NCBI RefSeq assembly: GCF_964355755.1
Contig: NC_092672.1
Span: forward strand, 22,705,237-22,769,236
From: Antedon mediterranea
Lineage: Eukaryota; Animalia; Echinodermata
Length of the DNA: 64,000 bases
Reading direction: 5' to 3'
This document shows positions 39,201 through 50,409 of the stretch, piece by piece; position 1 is the first letter of the stretch, and each line of letters opens with the position of its first letter. The notes beneath the pieces are model-generated. The model was not told where the DNA came from and did no database searches. It saw nothing but the letters and a program-made list of their open reading frames with translations. The translations under genes were made by a program, and so were the position numbers.

Positions 39201-42200
39201 AATTCAATTCAATAATTCAAAAAATAGAATTTATAACATTACTATTAGATTTATGTACTGTATAAAAAACATCAAAGTCTATTATCACTAATTTATATAC
39301 TACCATATGGTTTTCATTACCATAAATTTGTAAAAGTTGTTTTGAATCAATATACTATCATAATTGTAAAAACTAGGTAAAAGATCACTGATGTTTACTG
39401 TCCACATGTGCTGGATTAGTTCAACCAAGGCATCTAAACACATTGCTTTGGTTCAGTTAGTTCACTGATGCTTACTGTCCACATGTGCTGGATTAGTTCA
39501 ACCAAGGCATCTAAACACATTGCTTTGGTTCAGTTAGTTCACTGATGTTTACTGTCCACATGTGCTGGATTAGTTCAACCAAGGCATCTAAACACATTGC
39601 TTTGGTTCAGTATAGTTCACTGATGTTTACTGTCCACATGTGCTGGATTAGTTCAACCAAGGCATCTAAACACATTGCTTTGGTTCAGTTAGTTCACTGA
39701 TGTTTACTGTTCACATGTGCTGGATTAGTTCAACCAAGGCATCTAAACACATTGCTTTGGTTCAGTTAGTTCACTGATGTTTACTGTCCACATGTGCTAG
39801 ATTAGTTCAACCAAGGCATCTAAACACATTGCTTTGGTTCAGTTAGTTCACTGATGTTTACTGTCCACATGTGCTGGATTAGTTCAACCAAGGCATCTAA
39901 ACACATTGCTTTGGTTCAGTTAGTTCACTGATGTTTACTGTCCACATGTGCTAGATTAGTTCAACCAAGGCATCTAAACACATTGCTTTGGTTCAGTTAG
40001 TTCACTGATGTTTACTGTCCACATGTGCTGGATTAGTTCAACCAAGGCATCTAAACACATTGCTTTGGTTCAGAATAGTTCACTGATGTTTATAATTCTT
40101 GAGCTGTGACCTGCTAAGTCCAACATTAGACATTGCTTACTAACTAAGTAAGTAAAAGTTTCTTACTTTAAATAATTCTTGTTGCTGTGACCTGCTAAGT
40201 CCAACATTACACATTGCTTGCTTTGTAACTATAAAATCTTGTTTATCCTTTTGATTACATGCATCTTCTGAACGGTTTAGTGGCACATAGTTTAAGTTGT
40301 CTGAACTCAATACATTTGGTAGTAACCAGTTCCTCCTTTCCCTTTCATTTGCGCCAAACAGCATCTATGATAATTTGAAAGAAGAAATGTTAATGATATT
40401 ATTAAAAAGACTAATAATGAGAATAATATAAACTAATAATATATTTCATGCTTTGATAACATTAGTAGAGTGAGTGCTTTCTTGCCCTATATTACAAAAT
40501 ATTACAAAGTGACAATTTTGTTTCAAGATGTTTAATATCAGTACCAGAAAGATCCTTTTCACATTTGCCTACATTGATCTCCAGACTTATTACATGTTTT
40601 CATATTTACTCACGAACCTTGTGAAATCACGGGGGAAGTATTGTCATTGTATAGTTGATGGTGCTATCATTAGTACAATCTCAAGTTTGTGAGGAAAAAA
40701 AAGTCACGCTTCAATACTTTCAAATAGGTGTACGGTCAGTTAAATACCAGGACAAAGCACAAATGCGCAGAACAAACAAAAAAACAGGCCCCTGTGAATA
40801 TCAGTAGAATTTTAACAACCTGATTACAACCAGAGGGTATATGTTTGCTATTAGCCTACTCACTTTAGAAACATGGCAACAGAAATATATTGCAGGGTTT
40901 TCTCTAACCTGCAGAAAATATGCAAATGTATCACAGTTCCAACAGTTAAGTTAAACAGTTGGTTATCCGGTTTAAAGGTACACAAAAATGAAACGTAATT
41001 AATACTAACTTGGTAAAAGATGTGAAAATTCCTGGCACCATCACATTGATAAACAACTCTAGTTTTCTCAAGAAGATATGTCTGAATAGAAGCACCAACA
41101 ACATGATTTCCACTGAAAAAAAAATTGTAAAGTTAAAATAAGAATTGCTCTTGTGTGTAATTTCATTCTTCCCTGCTATGACACACAAAATGGCATATGT
41201 AGAAACTCAAAATGCATGGCCTGTATACAGTATGTTGGTTGAACATTGACAAATAAAAATAATGTATGAAACTTACCGACTGAATTGTAGCTGAATGTAC
41301 TTTCCAAAGCGGCTACTATTGTGATTCCTGGACGTGCTAGCATTGCCTAAGAAAATGAAATAATAGTTGTCTAACAGAGATGGAGTTGTATGGAGGTGTA
41401 GGGTACTGAGTGGCAAAAAATTATTACTGTATATATATATACTGGTGCAGGCCATCAAATATTGCCATCAATTGCAATTAATTCTACTAGTCTTAATGAT
41501 ACCAAATCTGCCAAAAATTAAATTTGAGCATAAAATCTCACCAAATTCATATTTAGAACATACTGTAAGTTCCCCACTGCTGATCAACAGTTTTAGCCTA
41601 TATATTATATTAGGAGTTTAAAGGATTTTGGCACCATGACTGAAGGTTAAAGATATGCTAGAATTACAAAATGTAAAATCAGTACACAAACTGCTTTAAA
41701 TTATCATTTTAAATTTCATTTTACATAAAGCGTTAATCAATTTTAGGTTAGGTGTAGCTTTATTTATTTATTTTTAAATCAGTATGATATTTATTGACTT
41801 TTATATTTCAGTTTTCTCAGGGAAGAGTTAAATTTAATTTAACTCTTCCCTGGTTTTCCTTGTAATTTTAATGGTACACTATCATTATGCTCATTTTTAT
41901 TTGGTTCTCATCTCTTTATCGACTGTTCTTATTCTATTTTTTCTTTATCTGTTGATGATAATGATGATGAATATAGAAAATTTGATATATTGATATGATT
42001 TAAAAATTCTGATTTTGTATATTTAACAAAAATAAAGGTCCAACTTCTAGCAATCTTTATTAGGACCATAACAGTACATAGATGTTTTTACATTTGAGAA
42101 TGACATGTGTATCTTACTGTACTTTATTAAAGATAAACATAATAATTACCAAATGCTTCAAGAATAGGATTTGAGTCTAATATTCTACGTTCAATGCAAT

Positions 42201-45200
42201 CTGCTGGTGATGGTGTAAAACCACTATGAACAAAAAAGACAACAAGTTATCACAAATAAGTAACAAAACAGAGACAAATCTATAATTATGATGAAATAAA
42301 AACTGTAACTTTACATACATGAGAGTGTTTAATGATATTAATGTGTTTATTTTTATTACCCAGGGTTACATACTGCCACCATTGTCAGATATTTTAGTAA
42401 ACATCTTGCATTCCATGTCTGTAATAAAACAATAATAAATAACAGAGAATAACAAACGTTTTTGTATGCTCACAAAAAATATTGACTAAACTGCATTTGT
42501 GAAAATGGGTTGCCAACATTCCCTCTTTGCACGTCTGGCAAGCATTTATGTGACATTCAATAAATGCTGATTTTGTAACAGTGTCCTTTGAAACAGTAAA
42601 AACAAATTATAGCACTCTCTATTACTTGTCCATGCTTTTAGCCTCTCTATTTTTATTTAAGTTTGGGCCTCTCCATTATTTCAAAATAAACAAGAAATGG
42701 TTTTAAAGGTAAAAAATTGACTCTGATTACATTGGTGAAAACAAACGTAAAACTGAAATTGTTGAATTACCTTTCCAGAACCACTTTCACCGCTGACAAT
42801 TATTGACTGATTAATCTTGTATAGTCTTCTAGTAAGATTACACAAAGCTGTTTCTGCAATTCCAAATACATGTGGTGGGTGTGCCTGAAAAAAAATAAAA
42901 TAAAAAGATGTATATTCCCCAAAAAACATGAAAATGAGGATTAATAAAATCAAGCCATTTTACTGTTTTAAAAAAGTTATTCATTTTAAAGAAATAAAAA
43001 CAAACAAATATAGTGTTTTTACTTTAAAAAAAGACAAAATTAATGGTTAAACTTAACCAAATGTTAAAAAATTACAGTTTTTCAGGTAAATAATGTTTTT
43101 TTTTCAATTTTTGGTCAAAGTGAATAACTACAGTATTATGTGACATAAAATAGCATATTCAGCAAAACAATTATCTTTTCAGAGGAGCTCTGCATATATC
43201 TCTAAGTTCTCACTTGTAAGTGCAACTGAGGACATATTAATATTTTTGCCCAATATTGAAGATAAAGTGAAGTCAAGATTTTAATAGTGATGTCACCAAC
43301 ATATAAATTTTCCTAAAAATCAATAGTATACTAGCGAATCATTGTTTACCTTTTGATCACTATGGTAACGATGAATCATATGAACATCAAAATGTCCAGT
43401 TTCTTTGAAAGGATTTAAAGTAACAAGGGTGTTGCCAGTCTGAGTGTGGTATCTACCAGCTAAGTAGCGCTCACGTAAACAGTTCAGCACTATGAACAGA
43501 AAAACTTAGGTTAAGTAACAAGTGTGTTGCCAGTTTGAGTGTGGTATCTACCAGCTAAGTACCGCTCATGTAAACAGTTCAGCACTATGAACAGAAAACA
43601 TTAGAAGTAACAAGTGTGTTGCCAGTCTGAGTGTGGTATCTACCAGCTAAGTACCGCTCATGTAAACAGTTCAGCACTATGAACAGAAAACATTTTGTTA
43701 AGTAACAAGTGTGTTGCCAGTCTGAGTGTGGTATCTACCAGCTAAGTACCGCTCATGTAAACAGTTCAGCACTATGAACAGAAAACATTTTGTTAAGTAA
43801 CAAGTGTGTTGCCAGTCTGAGTGTGGTATCTACCAGCTAAGTACCGCTCACATAAACAGTTCAGCACTATGAACAGACAACATTAGAAGTAACAAGTGTG
43901 TTGCCAGTCTAAGTGTGGTATCTACCAGCTAAGTACTGCTCAAGTGTGTTGCCAATATTTTGTCAAATTTTCTTCAAATTATTCGCTGTTCTACTCTAAA
44001 AATGTATTACTGAACTATAAATTTTATTTTAAAGTGAGTATTTAATTTGGAAAAATTTGAAGGAAAATGTTGGATTCATCCAAATTGTGGTCTTTGATCT
44101 CTAATTAGTTAGAGGGAGGCAACAGCTAATGGTAAAAAATAGGTGATCATCTGGCTTTAAATTAGATTGAGCTTTTAATTAAAGGAGTCTTTAATAGAAG
44201 GAAGACCTGTATAGTACTAACAACCATTGAAACATGTGTCTACTATTAATTCACTTACCAGCAGGTTCTGAGAGAGGATTAAGCAAAACAAGATCATCTG
44301 TATTGATCCAATCTGTTTGAGTACACAGCACTGGATAGCCAGCATGACCACGTATCACAACCTCCTAGACAATGAAGTTACAAGCAATATTTAAAATACA
44401 TTATATAGAATACTTAGTAGCAAGGTTGGGTTGTTAACATAGATGGTATGCTTCCCTCCCCTCCTTACCTCACAATTATATTTTGTGTCTATAATCTTGC
44501 CATCACTAAAACATGAATTAACACACGCTGGAACCCAAACCTCTTACCTGGCCATTAGATTTAGTGACTATAAACTTGCCATCACTAAAACATGAATTAA
44601 CACACGCTGGAACTCAAACCTCTTACCTGGCCATTAGATTTTGTGACTATAAACTTGCCATCACTAAAACATGAATTAACACATGCTAGAACCCAAACTT
44701 CTTACCTGGCCATTAGATTTAGTGACTATAATCTTGCCATCACTAAAACATGAATTAACACACGCTGGAACCCAAACCTCTTACCTGGCCAATAGATTTA
44801 GTGACTATAATCTTGCCATCACTAAAACATGAATTAACACACGCTGGAACCCAAACCTCTTACCTGGCCATTAGATTTAGTGACTATAAACTTGCCATCA
44901 CTAAAACATGAATTAACACACGCTGGAACTCAAACCTCTTACCTGGCCATTAGATTTTGTGACTATAAACTTGCCATCACTAAAACATGAATTAACACAT
45001 GCTAGAACCCAAACTTCTTACCTGGCCATTAGATTTAGTGACTATAATCTTGCCATCACTAAAACATGAATTAACACACGCTGGAACCCAAACCTCTTAC
45101 CTGGCCATTAGATTTAGTGACTATAAACGTGCCATCACTAAAACATGAATTAACACACGCTGGAACCCAAACCTCTTACCTGGCCAATAGATTTAGTGAC

Positions 45201-48200
45201 TATAATCTTGCCATCACTAAAACATGAACTAACACACGCTGGAACCCAAACCTCTTACCTGGCCATTATATTTAGTGACTATAATCTTGCCATCACTAAA
45301 ACATGAATTAACACAAGCTGGAACCCAAACCTCTTACCTGGCCAATAGATTTAGTGACTATAATCTTGCCATCAATAAAACATGAACTAACACACGCTGG
45401 AACCCAAACCTCTTACCTGGCCATTATATTTAGCGACTATAATCTTGCCATCACTAAAACATGAATTAACACACGCTGGAACCCAAACCTCTTACCTGGC
45501 CATTAGATTTAGTGACTATAAACTTTCCATCACTAAAACATGAATTAACACACGCTGGAACCCAAACCTCTTACCTGGCCATTAGATTTAGTGACTATAA
45601 TCTTGCCATCACTAAAACATGAACCAACACACGCTGGAACCCAAACCTCTTACCTGGCCATTATATTTAGTGACTATAATCTTGCCATCACTAAAACATG
45701 AATTAACACACGCTGGAACCCAAACCTCTTTTTCATCATGTATCCACACCATTAACCCCTGAAAGTACAGTAAACAGTTCATTATTCAATTCAATCAACT
45801 TTTATTATCCACAATCTGATTCTTTTGGTTGTGGCAGACTCACAAATGTAAATAAACATTTAAAACAAACATTTAAAATACACATGTATACAAATTATTG
45901 CTAAAGAGTAATTTTTGTAAAGTCTAACAGCTTTCATAATAAATTATTCATTTGGAGCTTTGAGGACTAAAATATGTATTGAAAAGAGGATGTGTTTCAT
46001 TTTGAAGGATCTAATATTAATTATTCTGTATATAAATCTTTATGTTAAAACCATTAATGAATACGTACATGTGTGACGTTTCAACTTGTTTTAACAAGTC
46101 AGGGAATGACTATTTGTAATCTGTAATAGTCTGTGATTTTCCGAAGTTCTTTGCCTTTTTAGGGGGCGCTAATCTACAACTAGCAAAGCTACAGTACTCC
46201 TAGCAACTACTAACATCTAGTCAGTTGCCAGATGAAGACTTATTAAAAACAAGTTGAAACGTTGCACATGTACGCATTATTTTTAAACAATCTACTGATT
46301 TAAAGAAGGGCTAGACAGATGGAATTAGTAAATTAACCAGCCATGTGTGGGCAACCATTTCATTCCATGTTTTGATACCCTATGAATAACTGTGCCAAGT
46401 GTCAGAATGTTCACTTCAGGTCTACTAAAGTAGGCCTACTACAGTATCATGACAGAGAGAATATCAACAGCATTTTCCTTTACCTTTTTGAAACGACATG
46501 CTGGTTTCTTTTCAACTTGTGGTGGAATGCATCTAGGCCTAGATTTAGTAATAATCTGAAAAAAATAGCGAAATGCTAAATTTTTACAAACAAATTTTTA
46601 TGAACATATAACCACTTGTGACCTAGCCTAGCTAGGAATTTAAATGGTTATTTGGCCCTATACTACTATTATAGCCTAGACAGGCCTGCCTACAGTACTA
46701 AGTACTAGGAACAGCTAGGCTAGGCTTTTGCAGAAAAGTGTAGTCGGTCTGATTTGATTTGAATTGATTAGAAAATCATCATAAAAGATTTTGCAGGATA
46801 GCCCAAAAAGCTTAGGCCTAAATAAACATTCATCCCTTATAGTACCAAACAAATATTGACCAGAACCAGCAATCAGCAACGCTCCATACTGAACACCCGA
46901 TTTTATCTGAACCAAAATAAAACGTTATCGATTTTACCATATATCAAACATAAAACTACCGCATTGGGCCCTGCGCTAATACGATCGGGCCCAGCAAATG
47001 AGACGATAGAGACCAAACTGGTTCCTAACACATGAGACGATCGGGCCAACGCATGAGACGATCGGGCCAACGCATGAGACGATCGGGACCACATTTTCTG
47101 GGCCCAAGACGATCGGGCAGCAAATAAAAAAATTTTACTGTGATAACGGCCTAGACTTTGGTTAGGCCTAATATAGTTAGTAATAATACGATTTCGATCC
47201 AAGTCGGCCCTAAACCGTCTCGGCCAAAGTCAAGTCGGCCCCAAGTAAACCCCAAGTCAAGTCGGCCCCCCGTCAAGTCGGCCTCAAGTCAACTCGGCCT
47301 CAAGTCAACTCGGCCTCACGTCAACTCAGCCAAAAAATAATCGGTCAACTCGGCCCCATTAAAGTATGGAACGCAAAAAGTGCAAATGAAGGGGATTGAT
47401 AAAATAATATTTCTTCACAATTTTTTAACTATGAATAATTCTGACTTTTAATGAATATCAATATTTAGACAATAATATATTTAGCAACAAAAACAGGAAT
47501 GATTTCACCAACTTTCCTTTATTTACGTTTAATAAAATTTCAAATTGCACAATTGAAAACAATTCGTAGCTGCGCCTCCCTGTGCGTTTGGCAGCTTTTT
47601 TGATATCTACAACTGCTATGTGTTTTCGCTGACCGGGGGATTCCTCTTTTTTAAAAACGCAAAGCATGGACAAAAACGATGTACGATCATTTTTTCTATG
47701 GCCAAATGTGATGGAACGTAGGCCTCCGTCTTCGATTTACTAAATGCAATAGGCCTACCTGCACATGTTTTTGTAACACGCGGGTACTTCTATTCATATC
47801 GGCAATGAGTTCACAGGGAAAAATTTCATTTGAAAATTTTGTTTAGCAAAATTGCTAATCAATTTAAATTTAAATTAATTTTTTAGTCAAGAAAGATAGT
47901 TTTGTATTGTATTTTTTGCTACACAATTGTAGAAATGTGTAGCAAAAAGGTTGTTTTGTATAGCTTTTTGCTATGCTACACTGGCGAAATTATTCCCTGG
48001 TTCATTTTTTTATATGATATTATTATATTATATTTTTTATTTCTTCATTTTTTAGAGTGGATAGGCCTAGAGGCCTAGTAATAATCATAATAACATTAAG
48101 TACTTTTTGCGTTCCATACTTTAATATTGTGGCCGAGTTGCAGTTGACCGATTAGTTTTTGGCCGAGTTGACGTGAGGCCGAGTTGACTTGGGGCCGAGT

Positions 48201-48574
48201 TGACTTGGGGCCGACTTGACGTGGGGCCGACTTGACGTGGGGCCGACTTGACTTTGGCCGAGACGGTTGGGGCCGACTTGACCTGCACCCAATAATACCC
48301 TACCCAGGCCTACCTACCTAGCCTAGGCTACTAGCTAGGCTATATAGCTAAGCCTAGGCTAGGAGTATAGGCCTACTACTAGGCCTAGCTAGGCTAGGCT
48401 AGCCTGGCATTTATTGCACCTGACCTGCATTATCCTACATAATTGCCTGTACCTAGCCTAGCTAGGCGCCGCCTAGTAATTGCGGCGCTAATGCAGTTTC
48501 GTACCCACCCCTTAAAATTACTCAAAATCTTCATCCAACCTACTCACGAGTTGTCTACAGCATTCTGCAATCAT
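27285..48574 (-). CDS. MYO19: Unconventional myosin XIX-like, 23 exons, about 1096 aa
   Basis: Exons 48548-48574 (tentative start), 46484-46555, 45654-45758, 44259-44364, 43350-43489, 42771-42884 (GESGSGK), 42360-42418, 42150-42223 (SNPILEAFG), 41277-41346 (NHNSSRFGK), 41010-41112, 40167-40364, 39092-39179, 37850-38036, 37177-37366 (LLDVYGFE), 36729-36839, 35831-36007, 34719-34811, 33882-33935, 33183-33361, 31814-32003, 28565-28691, 28323-28465, 27285-27968. They sum to 3291 nt, in frame. [28 protein letters not shown] and three IQ-like motifs match class XIX as recalled. Confidence 0.88.
27655..27822 (-). repeat. 42-bp in-frame coding repeat, about 4 copies ([14 protein letters not shown]), in the myosin tail
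   Basis: Unit GGTAAACTTATCTCTCTTGTCTTGATCTTCAACTTCTTTACT on the + strand. Confidence 0.95.
29383..31805. mobile_element. Non-autonomous TTAA-targeting DNA transposon (Kolobok-like), about 2.4 kb, in a MYO19 intron
   Basis: TTAA at 29379-29382 and 31806-31809. TIR AGATGTATTGTCCCCC / GGGGGACAATACATCT. Related decayed ends at about 42903-43205 and about 53845-53860. Confidence 0.85.
32045..32435. repeat. 77-bp minisatellite, 5 copies
   Basis: Unit begins AAACAACACACTGGCAAGTATG. Explains three near-identical spurious ORFs. Confidence 0.95.
32435..32720 (-). mobile_element. tRNA-containing interspersed repeat, copy 2
   Basis: Collinear with 6578-6888, with internal deletions. Flanked by TA-rich runs. 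Confidence 0.8.
34100..34692. repeat. 22-bp minisatellite, about 26 copies
   Basis: Unit TTGTTAGTATGGTGTTACTACA. Confidence 0.95.
38392..39037. repeat. 49-bp minisatellite, about 13 copies
   Basis: GT(C/T)GCAACTACTTTAAGC at 38401, 38450 and onward. Confidence 0.95.
39385..40091. repeat. 77-bp minisatellite, 9 copies
   Basis: TCACTGATG(T/C)TTACTGTCCACATG at 39385, 39462 and onward. Confidence 0.95.
43420..43952 (-). repeat. About 93-95-bp tandem array made of a MYO19 splice acceptor + 5' part of exon 5
   Basis: CAGCACTATGAACAG (minus strand: ctgttcatag|TGCTG) occurs five times between about 43485 and 43875. Confidence 0.92.
44494..45730 (-). repeat. 79-bp tandem array made of the last 75 nt of MYO19 exon 3 + donor GTAA
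   Basis: CTTACCTGGCC recurs every 79 bp from about 44547 to 45653 (15 donors). Confidence 0.95.
47190..48290. mobile_element. Non-autonomous element with long (about 180 bp) TIRs built of 15-bp subrepeats, in MYO19 intron 1
   Basis: CAAGTC(A/G)..TCGGCC repeats at 47200-47355 are mirrored at 48130-48280. TTAAAGTATGGAACGCAAAAAGT mirrors ACTTTTTGCGTTCCATACTTTAA. AATAATA on both flanks. Confidence 0.85.
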
Positions 48575-50032
48575 AAAATTGTAAAAAATCGAAATTTTTT
48601 TATTTAAAACTATTTTTAATCAATTAATACTGACCACCCTTCGGAAATACATCGCCAGCTTAGCTTCGCGAAAATCATCGCTAGGCCTGCCGATAAAAGT
48701 ACGGAGGCCTCACAGGACATTAACTCTATTAATAGAGTAAACAGTTGCGTTCTATAGAGGGCGTAGTTACTAACGTTTAAAGCCCGCACCAAATAATTAT
48801 AATTTTCATTATTTCCGACATGCGTTTCGTATTTTTAATAAAGAAAAGAAATACTATACAATTGCTGTATTCATCATTGTGGGTATCATCATAATTATGT
48901 TATGTTTTTAATTTGTTCTTTCATTTTACTAGTAGAATTTCACACAGAAAAGAAGATAAATATGGAACTGCTGACTCTTGAAGATATAAGTACTACTGAC
49001 CAATTTTCCTCTGTTTTAGTTTATTTTACATTATGGTTTGTAGGTCAAATAAATAAATGAAATGAATAAAAAGAATTACAGTACTTCATTCCTGAGTTAC
49101 ATTGTTAATGTTATAACACAATAATCAAGCTATGACGAATTAATTGTTTTAGTATTTGTTATCACTAGCTATACTAGAAACGCTAATGGTTTCCCTGTTT
49201 TAAGATTTTATAGAAGTATATTATTATTAATTAACATTTTTTATGTTTTTAATTTGTTCTTACATGGAAATAGGAAATGCAACAAAAACAGAAAGATATA
49301 ATTTATTGAAATGTAATGTACAGTAATACAATAATTATAATAAAAATGTTTTCCATCAATTACTAGAATTTATTTTACTTCTGCTGACACTGAATACATC
49401 ATTTCATGTCTTTCATAACTTTTTTTTTATCTTCTTTCCTGTTGTGTTTATTAAAATAAAATCAAATAAAACATTAAATAATGAAGCAACTATTCATTAA
49501 TTTATTTCAACAATATTTTATGAGGGTGGTCCATCCAGCCGAAGCTGATCATTAGGGACCCTTACAAAAAATATAATTTGACAAGACAATAACACACAAT
49601 ATTCAAAATAAATAGAATTTCTAAAAATTAACAACATAATTAAACACAAAATATTTCTTTATGAAAAAAACTTAAAATCCGTTTCACGAGGAACATGTAA
49701 AAAATATTTTATTATCGCCATAATATGATCATAACAGCGTCCTCTATAGATCGATGCCCTATGAGGCCTCCGTACTTTCATCGGCAGGCCTAGCGATGAT
49801 TTTCGCGCAGGCCTAGCGATGATTTTCGCGAAGCTAAGCTGGCGATGGATTTCTGAAGGGTGCTCAATTATTAATTGATTAAAAATAGTTATAAATAAGA
49901 AATTATCGATATTTTACCATTTTATGCTTGCTGAATGCTGTAGACAACTCGTGAGTGGGCTAGATGAAGTATTGAAATCATTTTGAGTAATTTTAAGGGG
50001 TGGGTACGAAACTGCATTAGCGCCGTAATTGC
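48476..50032. repeat. About 295-bp inverted repeat (arms about 48476-48770 and 49731-50032) containing the putative MYO19 first exon and upstream region
   Basis: GCGCTAATGCAGTTTCGTACCCACCCCTTAAAATTACTCAAAA mirrors TTTTGAGTAATTTTAAGGGGTGGGTACGAAACTGCATTAGCGC. Both arms carry ATG + 8 codons + GTGAGT. Confidence 0.9.
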
Positions 50033-50409
50033 ATTAATTTAGTAACTTACTTTTTTGCCTACTGGAATGTAATTATTGCTTTTTTCCATCAAAATAGTTG
50101 TCTTTTTGATAGGCCCGCCTCCTCTCACTTAATTCCCCAAAACCAACAGTTCCTTTTTTTTTTCAAAAACACCGCCGCGCGCCACCTATAATAAAGTATC
50201 TAATAAAAAAAATAAAAAAAATCGCTGTGTACCGCCCTCTCTGTTATGACTCGGTGACCTTAAAATAAACAACAGCTATTAATTAAAATTACACATGTTT
50301 TTTGCTATGATTTTGCGATCAATCAATCAACAAGATAGAAGCCAAGGTTTAGCTAGGCTACAGAACAGTCAGTAAGCATACAGTTACGTAGGCCTAGAAA
50401 ATTAATAAA

